This document shows, piece by piece, positions 20,817-29,832 of a stretch of DNA of 64,000 bases (positions within the stretch are counted from its first letter, which is position 1; every line of letters begins with the position of its first letter). The notes beneath the pieces are model-generated. The model was given only the letters and a program-made list of their open reading frames with translations. It made no database searches and was not told the DNA's origin. A program made the translations under genes and the position numbers. This DNA is from an uncultured Victivallales bacterium (GTDB lineage Bacteria; Verrucomicrobiota; Kiritimatiellia; UBA8416). The stretch lies in assembly GCA_964576795.1 (NCBI GenBank), contig CAZNWT010000002.1, positions 65,033-129,032 on the forward strand. The letters run 5' to 3'.

Positions 20817-21783
20817 ACAGCTTTCCGACGATGGTTCTCAGAATGTCCTCCGTTGTGATCAGCCCCACGATATCTTCTTCCTTTTTGACGAGGCACATGG
20901 GCTGACGTCCCCGCCGCATGCGTGGCAAGATGTCATCGAGAGGCATGGTGTTCGGAATAAACTGTGGTGGGCGGATGAAGTCTGCGACAACCTTATGTTG
21001 CTGATCTTTTCCGGCAGAGAGAACGAGAAACACATTAATGATTCCTGTGAATTGTCCGGTGTTGCGATCGACGATAGGCATTCGGGTCAAACCGGTCTGG
21101 CGTGCAAGGGCATAGAACTCCGGAATCTTCATGTCGCCGTAGGCGACAACCATGTCTTTGCGAGACACCATGACGTCTTCGGCCTGTTTTCCTGAAAGTT
21201 CGATGACACGATGGATCATATAGCGCTCTTTGGAAGAGAGGACACCGTCCTTTTCGCCTTCCTTCGCCAAGAGTTTGAGGTCTTCGCGTGTGACGAACGG
21301 ATCGGGTTTTGCAAAGGATGTTTTATCCCCTGGTGAGAGCAGGCGTGCCATGCGGATAATGGCAAATGAGAATGGCATAAAGACAATCTCGGCGATGCGC
21401 AGCACCCCTGCGAAGCGCTCGCAACGTTCAAGCGGGCGGCTGTGAAACCAAGCTTTGGGTAGGTATTCTCCGAAGATGATGATCATGATCGCCGTGATGA
21501 CTGAGGATGTGGCTTCTCCTCCAGGAAGGTTGAGGCGCAGGGCAAGGCTGGCCGCCACAACTGAGTTGACGACGACGCATATGTTGGTGCCGACGAGTGT
21601 TGTGCCCAGAAGCCGGTCGAAATTGACGACAAAGGATTCTAGAATTCGGGCGTTGGTGGAACCTTGCCGCACAAAATGGCGAAGCCGCATGCGGTGAATG
21701 GAGATGACGCCGGTTTCGATGCCGGCGAAGAAGGCATGTCCAATCATGCAGCCTAAGATCACGATCAGGAGGATAGAAATCAT
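20815..21783 (-). CDS. CNNM/DUF21 + CBS-pair membrane protein (HlyC/CorC family, lacks C-terminal transporter-associated domain)
   Basis: DUF21 TM region 'MISILLIVILGCMIGHAFFAGIETGVISI', followed by CBS-like segments. Confidence 0.7.
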   Translation of the reverse strand: MISILLIVILGCMIGHAFFAGIETGVISIHRMRLRHFVRQGSTNARILESFVVNFDRLLGTTLVGTNICVVVNSVVAASLALRLNLPGGEATSSVITAIMIIIFGEYLPKAWFHSRPLERCERFAGVLRIAEIVFMPFSFAIIRMARLLSPGDKTSFAKPDPFVTREDLKLLAKEGEKDGVLSSKERYMIHRVIELSGKQAEDVMVSRKDMVVAYGDMKIPEFYALARQTGLTRMPIVDRNTGQFTGIINVFLVLSAGKDQQHKVVADFIRPPQFIPNTMPLDDILPRMRRGRQPMCLVKKEEDIVGLITTEDILRTIVGKL

Positions 21784-23039
21784 GATGCTTCCTCCTCCTC
21801 TTGATCCGGTGTTTTTACCTTTTCCAGCATCACAAGCAGGATGCGCTGTCGCCTCACAGCCTGAACCGTGGCACGGCATCCCTGAGCTTCTACGGTTTCA
21901 CCCATCCTCGGAATGCGTTCAGCTTCTGCGGCAACCCATCCGGCAATGCGGTCCGCCCCGTCGGCCTCCAGATCCATATCCAACTCGTAGTTGATATCTT
22001 CGAGGCTGACGCCGCCGTCAACAAGCCAGCTTGTTTCGCTGAGCTGCTGGATGGGGTCGGCCTCTTCGCCGTACTCGTTGTCCACGTCTTCTGCGATTTC
22101 TTCAAGAATGTCACCACGGGTGATGACCCCGGCGGTACCGCCATATTCATCAGAGACGACGGCGACGCGACAGTTTTCTTTTTGAAACATCGTGAGCAGC
22201 GTATCAAGGGGCGCGGTCTCGGGAACGAAATGCGGACTGGTTGTAGCAATACTCAGATCGTGCCCTTCCGAGAGCAAAAAGCGAGGGACATCGAGAAAGC
22301 CTTCGATTGCATCCAGAGTTTCGCGATAGAGCGGCAGGTAACGGTAATGCGATTTTCGGGCGATGGCTTCTTGAAGGTCGGGAGGCTCTGTCAAGTCGAT
22401 CCCAATCAGATCGACACGTGGGGTCATGACGTCGCTGGCTTGCGTCTCCTCAAGGCGGATGATTCCGTCCACCATGGTGCGCTCTTCTTCATCCAGCACG
22501 CCCTCTTCTTCACCAACCTCAACGACGGTAAGGAACTCATCTTCGGTAAGTGTTTTGCTGGTGACGTGTAGATCCTTGGCGAAGATGGCGGCGGTCCACT
22601 CAAGGGCATAGCGGAGTGGTTTCATGATGCGAATCAGAAAAATCAACACCTTTGAATAGAGGCCAGCGAGCTCGGGTGCTCGGGCCATGGCGATGCGTTT
22701 TGGGGCCACTTCGCCGAAGAGGAGGAGCAGCATCGTCATGGCAGGAATGGCAATGGCTTCGGCATGTTCAACATCCAGGGATTGAAGAATGGCAAACCCG
22801 AGGGATGCGGACGCTACGTTGACTACCGTGTTGCCAATGAGAATGGTGGAGAGCAACCGCGTTGGGTGGTTGAGCATTTTTTCCACGCGGGCGGCCGCTT
22901 TTGCGTGCTGCTGGCGTAGTCGATTGATTTGAAGCGAGTTCAGTGAGAAAAGGCAGGTTTCTGAGCTCGAAAAGAATGCAGAGCAGAGCAGCAGCAGAAT
23001 CAGCACAATACATTGTATGATCAGGATCGTGGATATCAT
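21780..23039 (-). CDS. HlyC/CorC-family (CNNM) transporter: DUF21 + CBS pair + CorC_HlyC
   Basis: 'LCSAFFSSSETCLFSLN', CBS region, acidic CorC-type C-terminus. Confidence 0.75.
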   Translation of the reverse strand: MISTILIIQCIVLILLLLCSAFFSSSETCLFSLNSLQINRLRQQHAKAAARVEKMLNHPTRLLSTILIGNTVVNVASASLGFAILQSLDVEHAEAIAIPAMTMLLLLFGEVAPKRIAMARAPELAGLYSKVLIFLIRIMKPLRYALEWTAAIFAKDLHVTSKTLTEDEFLTVVEVGEEEGVLDEEERTMVDGIIRLEETQASDVMTPRVDLIGIDLTEPPDLQEAIARKSHYRYLPLYRETLDAIEGFLDVPRFLLSEGHDLSIATTSPHFVPETAPLDTLLTMFQKENCRVAVVSDEYGGTAGVITRGDILEEIAEDVDNEYGEEADPIQQLSETSWLVDGGVSLEDINYELDMDLEADGADRIAGWVAAEAERIPRMGETVEAQGCRATVQAVRRQRILLVMLEKVKTPDQEEEEAS

Positions 23040-23872
23040 GGTGATGGGGGTGGGGTTCTGGGTTCTGGGTTCCGGGTTCCGAGTTCCGAGTTTAGGGATG
23101 TGACGTCGGTAACGCGTAGTTTGGTGCGGTGGATTGCGGGGTAGTGTTGAATTTCCATTACCTTAATCATCCAGTGTTCGTTGATTTTCTTGCAGCTCTT
23201 GACCCAAAGTCGGCGCTTGATGTTTCCTTTGGCGTCATAGCCTTCTGCCTGTAGCATCATATGCGTTTTTTTACTGATCCAAAGGCGAACCGTGGCGTAG
23301 GGGGTGGGGTTCTGGGTTTTGGGTTCCGAGTTCTGGGTTCTGGTCTCGGCCGTGCTTACGACTTGGCTAGGGCTTTGCGTTGTGGGGGCTTTGATTTCGA
23401 CGATGTAACAATCGAAGGTTCGGATGGATTCCTCGCCAACAAGCGTTCCGCCAGGCCACCAAAGAAATGCCAGCGAGAGGTCAACCCAGCTTAAGTCGGT
23501 TTTCTGAATTGGCAGAGATAAATCTTCCAACGGAGCATCCCGAAGGGGATCTCCAGCGGTGTGGTGGTAGTTGGGAGGCTGTCCGTGAGTGATGGTGAGT
23601 TTTTCCAATGCTCGACCAAATGCATCGTGGATGGTGTAGCAGGCGCGCGGGGGTGTCGCCCCCCATTGGGCGTCCAGCGTGACTTTGAATGTAGCCAGAG
23701 GAATTCCGCGTTGCTTCCGGACAAGGAGATCACACGAAACCTGAATGGGATCTGTTGGCAGCTGTGCGACCACATTTCGGAGCAGTTGATCTGCAGAAAA
23801 TTGGACGTTGGTGGCATCAGCTAGAGTTGCGACAGACAACAGCACTAAGGCTGTCGACAGAATCAGTTTCAA
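23036..23872 (-). CDS. Secreted protein, LolA-like outer-membrane lipoprotein-sorting fold (tentative); low-complexity P/T-rich internal repeat
   Basis: Signal peptide 'MKLILSTALVLLSVATLADA'. DNA direct repeat ggggtggggttctgggtt…ccgagttc at 23045-23090 and 23303-23348. Confidence 0.3.
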   Translation of the reverse strand: MKLILSTALVLLSVATLADATNVQFSADQLLRNVVAQLPTDPIQVSCDLLVRKQRGIPLATFKVTLDAQWGATPPRACYTIHDAFGRALEKLTITHGQPPNYHHTAGDPLRDAPLEDLSLPIQKTDLSWVDLSLAFLWWPGGTLVGEESIRTFDCYIVEIKAPTTQSPSQVVSTAETRTQNSEPKTQNPTPYATVRLWISKKTHMMLQAEGYDAKGNIKRRLWVKSCKKINEHWMIKVMEIQHYPAIHRTKLRVTDVTSLNSELGTRNPEPRTPPPSP

Positions 23873-23895
23873 AACGTCGCCTCTCCCGCTACTAG

Positions 23896-24123
23896 CTAGT
23901 CCAACTTTGATTCACAGGGACCTGCTTTCGCATCTGCGTCGATCGCGTGATCCAGAATCTCACGAATTGCTGCCAATCCGGTCGAAGGAATAATGATCGT
24001 ATCACGTCGTCCACCCACATCTTCGGTGACACGAAGGAATCGACCTCTTGGATTCTCCCTTAGATCAAACGAGAACAGCTTCCTTTCGACCTGGACTTTT
24101 TCGCACAAAAGCTCGGTGTCCAC
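23896..24123 (-). CDS. PUR-alpha-like DNA/RNA-binding protein (DUF3276-like)
   Basis: 'KLFSFDLRENPRGRFLRVTEDVGGRRDTIIIPSTGL' matches the PUR-repeat signature. Confidence 0.45.
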   Translation of the reverse strand: MDTELLCEKVQVERKLFSFDLRENPRGRFLRVTEDVGGRRDTIIIPSTGLAAIREILDHAIDADAKAGPCESKLD

Positions 24124-24576
24124 ATCGTCCCCCTCGATTGTAATGCCATACTCATGACATCCGTTCTTATCCTGTTTTAGACTCTAGCATACGTGCGTGG
24201 CCTATTAACAAGCGAAATAATGAATAAAATCTGGATATTTTTCGTGGACTAACCCCCAGAATGCCACTAAGCGGGTGTTGGTGTTGATTGTGTTAAGATT
24301 CGAATGCTGGAAACAAAGGCTCTTCTCAGAAAATGGAGGGTTAGGCTCCGTCCCTACTGTTGTTCGGATGCCAAAATGAGAATTGCGGGTATGCCTCTGT
24401 TGTGACGGATGGCATCGAGCGAACCGCAGGATCGTTTAGGGACACGAGAAGTAGGCACACATCTCCGAGGTGTAGCCCTTCCGGCCTGTGGCCGGTGTGC
24501 ATCCCCGACAATCTATGGCTGGATTTTTACTCAGTATATTGTTGAGGTTAATATACGTTTATGTATATTAATCATT

Positions 24577-25212
24577 ATGAAATACGATAACACAGTGGCG
24601 CTTCTTGGATCCGAAGGGGTATTTGATCTCGCTACGGCAGTCCAACTTCTCAATGAGAAGCGTGAAACGGTTCGCGTCCAGCTCTCTCGCTGGTGCAAAG
24701 CGGGGAAGCTTCTTTCGCTACGCCGTGGGCTGTACGCGTTCCCAGAGCACAATTGCGGCCGAAAGGTGAATCCGGCAGAGTTGGCCAACCGGTTGCTTAC
24801 GCCTTCTTACCTCAGTCGCCATTGGGCGTTGGGTTTTTTTGGCTTGATTCCTGAATCCGTCACGACCTATACCAGCGTGACGTCGCGCACTCCCTGCCGT
24901 TTCAATAACATGTTTGGCGCCTTTCGTTATCAGCACGTGAAGCGTCAGGCTTTCTTTGGATATCGGCCTTATAAAATCGAGGGCAGAACGGTCCTGATGG
25001 CAGAACCGGAGAAGGCGTTGCTTGATTTGTGGCATCTTGAGAAAGGGGCATGGACGGCCGCACGGATGGAAGCCATGCGGTTTCAGAACGTTGAGCTGGT
25101 GGATGCGCAAAAACTGCGTGATTATGCTGAGCGCTATGCTTCGTCTCGGCTAACGGTGGCGGCTTTGGTATGGAGTATGACATTAGGTGAGACAGATGGG
25201 GTAGAATTATGA
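24577..25212 (+). CDS. abiEi: AbiEi-like antitoxin/transcriptional regulator (type IV TA)
   Basis: Start 'MKYDNTVALLG'. N-terminal wHTH followed by the AbiEi C-terminal domain. Stop overlaps the AbiEii start. Confidence 0.6.
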   Translation: MKYDNTVALLGSEGVFDLATAVQLLNEKRETVRVQLSRWCKAGKLLSLRRGLYAFPEHNCGRKVNPAELANRLLTPSYLSRHWALGFFGLIPESVTTYTSVTSRTPCRFNNMFGAFRYQHVKRQAFFGYRPYKIEGRTVLMAEPEKALLDLWHLEKGAWTAARMEAMRFQNVELVDAQKLRDYAERYASSRLTVAALVWSMTLGETDGVEL

Positions 25213-26009
25213 AAGATGAAGCATTGTCAATCGTTGCGGATGTGCATGATCCCGGACGCAAGCTGAACCTTCTGCGCGAGTATCTACAGTCCTGTGCGCT
25301 AAGATCGCTCCACGAGAGCGAGGCCTTTCTGAATCTGTCCTTCGTTGGTGGCACTGCCCTGCGCTTCCTGTTCAATCTGCCCCGTTTTTCAGAGGATCTG
25401 GATTTTTCTTTGGAGGCTCCCGATGGTTACGATGGTGAACGATGGATGAAGAAGCTAAAGACCGATTTTGAACTGGCGGGGTTTGAGACAGGGATTCGAT
25501 GGAATTCAAAGACGACTGTGCACAAGGCATGGCTTCGTGTAGGCGAGATTCTGCATGACACGGGCTTGGCGGCGATGCGGGAGCAGAAGCTCTCCATCAA
25601 GCTTGAGATTGACACGCGCCCTCCTGCCGGTGCCGCGTGTCAGAGGACCATTGTCACGAGGCATCGCATTCTGGCACTGCAACACCATGACCTGCCCTCG
25701 TTGTTTGCTGGCAAGATCCATGCACTCATGACGCGCGGCTACCCAAAAGGTCGCGACTGGTACGATCTCCTCTGGTATAGGGGACAACGACCGCGCCCCC
25801 AACCCAACCTGATTCAATTGCAGAATGCTCTGGATCAAACGCAGGGAAAAGGGGCTGTCGATGCCGAGGATTGGCGAACTGTTTTAAAGGTACAGTTCGA
25901 TTCCCTTGACGTGACAGCATTGGCCGAGGATGTTGCCCCATTTCTTGAACGCCCATCAGAGGCCGCCCTCTTGTCGCGAGACAACATCTGTTCCCTGCTA
26001 CAGTCGTGA
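25209..26009 (+). CDS. abiEii: AbiEii/AbiGii-family nucleotidyltransferase toxin (DUF1814)
   Basis: 'SFVGGTALRFLFNLPRFSEDLDFSL' is the nucleotidyltransferase hG[GS]…D.D motif. Confidence 0.7.
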   Translation: MKDEALSIVADVHDPGRKLNLLREYLQSCALRSLHESEAFLNLSFVGGTALRFLFNLPRFSEDLDFSLEAPDGYDGERWMKKLKTDFELAGFETGIRWNSKTTVHKAWLRVGEILHDTGLAAMREQKLSIKLEIDTRPPAGAACQRTIVTRHRILALQHHDLPSLFAGKIHALMTRGYPKGRDWYDLLWYRGQRPRPQPNLIQLQNALDQTQGKGAVDAEDWRTVLKVQFDSLDVTALAEDVAPFLERPSEAALLSRDNICSLLQS

Positions 26010-26097
26010 AAGGACGTAGAACGTTGCTCTGCGCCGTTTAACGCGGCGGGGATGTGCACACAACGGGATCAGATGTCAACACGCAATGGTATGCTAC

Positions 26098-26145
26098 GGG
26101 GTCAGATGTCAAAAATTTCCTAGAAAATTTTTGACGTCTGCCCCC
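26098..26145. repeat. P1 palindrome copy (~48-bp perfect hairpin GGGGTCAGATGTCAAAAATTTYCTAGAAAATTTTTGACGTCTGMCCCC). Other copies at 27726-27773, 28142-28189 (inside the RAYT-DnaA CDS), 28842-28889 and 29113-29161. Half-copies at 26063-26080, 28106-28128, 29041-29060 and 29162-29181
   Basis: Read directly from the sequence. Palindrome centred on TCTAGA, at least 5 full copies within 3.2 kb. Confidence 0.9.
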
Positions 26146-26414
26146 TTTTTCTTCTGACCCCTTTTTTACGGTACCAGCCGGTGCGCCACCATAGCATGTG
26201 TCATTCCGAGCGAAGTGCTTGCATCCCGGACTTGCTTCGGGGGCGAGGGATCTCGGTTTGGGCAACACGCCTTTAATGGATGACCCCGGTTATGAGTAGG
26301 CACACATTCCCGACAGTCCCTAATCGGGATTCCCAACTCCGAGGTGTAGCCCCAGATTGTATCTGGGCCCGCCTGACGGGCGGGAATACGTGATGCAATG
26401 ACGCACAGAGAGCA

Positions 26415-27576
26415 TCAGGCGATGATAGAGCCATCCCAAAGGCGATTGAGAAATTCGCGCCAGGGAAGGATGTCAATCTCGCCGACTCGTCTGGCTTGGG
26501 ATTCGTTACATACGACAATGGCTTTTGCAGGGGAATACTCATCTATGAAGGCCCGTAGAGGGCGAAGATCCCGTGACTGTACGCTACGTGTTCCTTTCAC
26601 CTCAATGGCCACCTGACCGTCACCTAGGATAAAGTCGACCTCCAAGCCTGACTTGGTACGCCAAAAGGCAAGTTTATGTTCAAGCTCTAGATAGGAGCGG
26701 TGCGCAACTAATTCCATAAGCATGAAATGTTCAAACGCTTGACCAAACAATTCGCCACGCTCTGATTCAATTTTTCGGCCTGAAAGAAATCCCGCTACCC
26801 CAACATCGAAGAGGTAGAACTTCGAAGCTTTTCCAATGACTTGTCGGCTTTGACGCCTCTTAAACGGTGGCAGCATCATCCCTAGTAGCGTATCCATGAG
26901 AATTTGGTAGTACTCTCGAACCGTTTTTGCGTCGACTCCGCACTCACGCGCAATGTTGGCGAAATTGGTCAGCTGGCCATGCGAATACCCCATTGCCTCA
27001 AAGAATCGGGAAAATGCCGGGATGTTCCTCGTGAGACCTTCGTCAAAGACTTCCTCTTTAAGATAGTCACTTACGTAAGCTTTCAGATCTCGGCGACCGT
27101 GCGTTTGGAGATAGTGCGCGGGAATGAGTCCAAGATTCAAAGCCTGCAGCAGATCAAGCTCTGGTAGTTCACGTGTTGTTAGCGGATGCATGTGAAAGCG
27201 CCAAGCGCGACCGCCAAGCAGGTTTGCGTGCCCCCTGCGGAGTTTGCGTGCACTTGAACCGCAAAGAATGAAACCAATGCCTTTGTTTTCGATCAGCCAG
27301 TGCACCTCATTCAGTAAATGAGGGACTTTTTGAACTTCATCGAGAATAACGGGGTGTTGCAGCTCTTCTGGTGTGCGTGCCAGCAGCTGCTCGCGAAGAA
27401 GTGCAGGTCGCTTTGTGAGTTCAAAAAGCAGGTCGGTTTTTAGAAAATCATAAACAATACTATCAGGAAAACGCATTTTCAGCAGTGTTGATTTCCCTGT
27501 TTTCCTCGCACCCCACAAGAATGCAGATTGCCCGGTCGGCAAGTCCAGATTTATGATTCTATCTATCGAATTCATG
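26415..27576 (-). CDS. AAA+ ATPase of the AAA_14 + DUF4143 family ('ATP-binding protein')
   Basis: Walker A 'GARKTGKST', Walker B 'PVILDEVQ', DUF4143-like C-terminal half. Confidence 0.7.
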
Positions 27577-27784
27577 ATATCGTCCCCCGAATAAGTCAAC
27601 TAAACAGGAGTAGGTTGCCGGTTTTGGACGGTTAATGCAAGTAAGATCTTTTTGGTAGGCGAGGGTAGGCACACATCTCCGAGGTGTAGCCCTCTCATTC
27701 CTGCCTGTGGCCGGTGTAGGCCCACGGGGTCAGATATCAAAAATTTCCTAGAAAATTTTTGACGTCGGACCCCTGACTGGGTAA

Positions 27785-28840
27785 TCACCTCGTTAAATCG
27801 CCACATAATGCATAAAGTTGCGTGGCCATCACTTGATTATCTGCTACTTCTTGTCGGAGCTTTTTCAACTGTGCTGATACAGCTGCCGAAGTTCCGTACT
27901 CGAGCGTTTCGGCAACTTCTCTTTGGTTCATCCCTGCAAGTTTACAGAGCAAATAAGCGGCAATAGGTCTCGCAAATGAACCATATTGACGCCGCAGCAG
28001 TTCAGAGGGATTTAAATCAAAATGCTGTGCCACCGCATGAATAATGACTTCTGGAGAAATGTTTACCGATCGTCTTCTGAAATGATCTGCGGGAGAAGCC
28101 TCCCCGGGGTCAGATGTCAAAAATTTCGTACCCTCTGCCACGGGGTCAGACGTCAAAAATTTTCTAGAAAATTTTTGACATCTGACCCCGCTCTCTCCGC
28201 TCTCCCCTCCCTCTGATTTTAGAATTTCAATAAATTCGGTGTCTGTATTAGCAATACCCGCCTCAATAAACTTTCTGTATTGTTCTTCCCGATCATGGTT
28301 TTGCTCCATCATTGAAAGTATGGGTTGGTACTCTACAAAGTTCCAGCGCCAAACGGGATCAATGTATCCGCGAAAGGTGCTCCAGCCATATTGGCGCAGA
28401 TAGAGGATTTTTTCGTCAACGGTGCTGTCCTTATGTCGACTGGTGTGTATGGGATTGAGGTGTATATAGCGGCTGAGTTTGAGAAGGTATTGATTCCCTT
28501 TGACGAGAACGGAGTTATAGCGTCCTTGAAAAAGATGGCCGCACTCATTGTGTCGAAGGTTGAAATAAACGCTATAGCCGGTGAGAACGCTTTGCATAAA
28601 GCGGCTGATATTCGCCTTGGGAGTTTCTGCTAATAAGTGGAAATGATTATCCATGAGACAGATCAGATAGAGGCGGACATCATAAGAATCGCAACTCTCG
28701 GCCAGACGACGAAGTAGTCGTTCTCGATCGTGATTGTCGTTAAAAATATCACGCCGCCCGTTGCCGCGGGAGGTGATGTGGTATATGGCGCCCTCAAATT
28801 GCAATCTGCGCTTACGTGGCATAGAACACCTTTCGCACAA
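27785..28840 (-). CDS. HUH Y1 transposase (IS200/RAYT-like) fused to a DnaA domain-IV-like HTH; carries an in-frame P1 palindrome insertion in the linker
   Basis: HuH 'LMDNHFHLLAE', catalytic-Tyr motif 'SRYIHLNPI'. C-terminus 'FARPIAAYLLCKLAGMNQREVAETLEYGTSAAVSAQLKKL' resembles DnaA domain IV. Linker peptide 'GVRCQKFSRKFLTSDP' is translated from the palindrome. Confidence 0.75.
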   Translation of the reverse strand: MCERCSMPRKRRLQFEGAIYHITSRGNGRRDIFNDNHDRERLLRRLAESCDSYDVRLYLICLMDNHFHLLAETPKANISRFMQSVLTGYSVYFNLRHNECGHLFQGRYNSVLVKGNQYLLKLSRYIHLNPIHTSRHKDSTVDEKILYLRQYGWSTFRGYIDPVWRWNFVEYQPILSMMEQNHDREEQYRKFIEAGIANTDTEFIEILKSEGGESGESGVRCQKFSRKFLTSDPVAEGTKFLTSDPGEASPADHFRRRSVNISPEVIIHAVAQHFDLNPSELLRRQYGSFARPIAAYLLCKLAGMNQREVAETLEYGTSAAVSAQLKKLRQEVADNQVMATQLYALCGDLTR

Positions 28841-29212
28841 CGGGGTCAGATGTCAAAAATTTTCTAGAAAATTTTTGACGTCTGCCCCCTACCTTCCATC
28901 TCTCGAAATGCAACCGTTTCTATCTCTCGATACGGAACCGAGTCATAGCAGGATATAGAGGCGACGGGGGAGGACGTGCTGGGAAAATAGTGATTTATAA
29001 GGGAATTTCAGGGGGAGCAGATCGCTATAGCTTCAATATTTGAATTTTTGAAGCCTGACCCCAGAGGGTTACCAGAGGGTTAATTTCGCAACGGGGGCAC
29101 GCAACCGCGCAACGGGGTCAGATGTCAAAAATTTTCTAGGAAATTTTTGACGTCTGACCCCAATTTTTGACGTCTGACCCCTGGCTTGCTGGTGACATTT
29201 GATTTAGCCTCT

Positions 29213-29320
29213 AAGTAGGCACACATCTCCGAGGTGTAGGCTTCTCTGGTTCCGGCCTGTGGCCGGTGTGCATCCCCGACAATCCCTGTCGGGGTTCCCA
29301 ACTCGGAGATATGCACGTAC
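29213..29320. repeat. P2 element (~105 bp, GTAGGCACACATCTCCGAGGTGTAG…CCGGCCTGTGGCCGG…CCCCGACAATCCCTGTCGGGG…CTCGGAGATATGCAC), a MITE/REPIN-like unit with internal hairpins. Other copies at 24450-24512, 26291-26400 and 27663-27720, always next to P1 copies
   Basis: Four copies with GTAG 5' ends and imperfect terminal inverted repeats. Confidence 0.8.
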
Positions 29321-29357
29321 TGAAGATAGACGGAGGGGGGGGGCAGGTGTTGGTGTT

Positions 29358-29816
29358 TTAGATTGGTATTTCCAGAATTTCCACTAGGGCGTGGGGATCC
29401 AGGCGGAAGGATGAGCCCTTGCCTTCGTAGAAGCCGTGGGTTTTGATCATATGGATGTGTAGATCGGTGTAGGTGATTTCCCGGTTGTTTCGGGTGTTTT
29501 TCACTTGGATGAAGGTTTTTTCAAAGATGCCATCCTCAAAGGGGCAAGGGAGCTTTCCACGGATGTTGTCTACGCGCACTTCAAAGTGGTCTTCTACGGT
29601 GATGCAGGTGCCGAGTCCACGCATGCCTTGATCTCGCAAGGTCTGCATGCGTTCAGCAATGGCTTCGTGAGTGGTGCCGATGCGTTGCACTTCGGCGTCA
29701 TCATCAATTAGAATATCGAGCAGTTTGCGGGAGTCGGTGCCGAGCAACCCTTTTAGGGTGATTCCCCCCGGGCGCATGTTGTGTTGGATCTTGTCCATTT
29801 CGGTGGTTTGCTTCAT
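29358..29816 (-). CDS. Hypothetical protein downstream of nqrF
   Basis: ORF with start 'MKQTTEMDKIQ'. No recognisable motifs. Confidence 0.3.
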   Translation of the reverse strand: MKQTTEMDKIQHNMRPGGITLKGLLGTDSRKLLDILIDDDAEVQRIGTTHEAIAERMQTLRDQGMRGLGTCITVEDHFEVRVDNIRGKLPCPFEDGIFEKTFIQVKNTRNNREITYTDLHIHMIKTHGFYEGKGSSFRLDPHALVEILEIPI

Positions 29817-29832
29817 GAGGTGGCTCCCTTCG

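Noticed and set aside
26038-29316. Several short ORFs sharing the peptide 'GVRCQKFSRKFLTSDP' (26038..26268, 27600..27806, 28022..28216, 28734..28958, 29125..29316)
   Set aside because: They are translations of the P1 palindrome in different copies, not a protein family.
26038-29330. Possibility that the repeated P1 units form a CRISPR array
   Set aside because: Units are 48-bp perfect palindromes with irregular spacing (0.3-1.6 kb) and genes between them, not 25-40-bp repeats with uniform spacers. No cas genes. They are REP/MITE-like.
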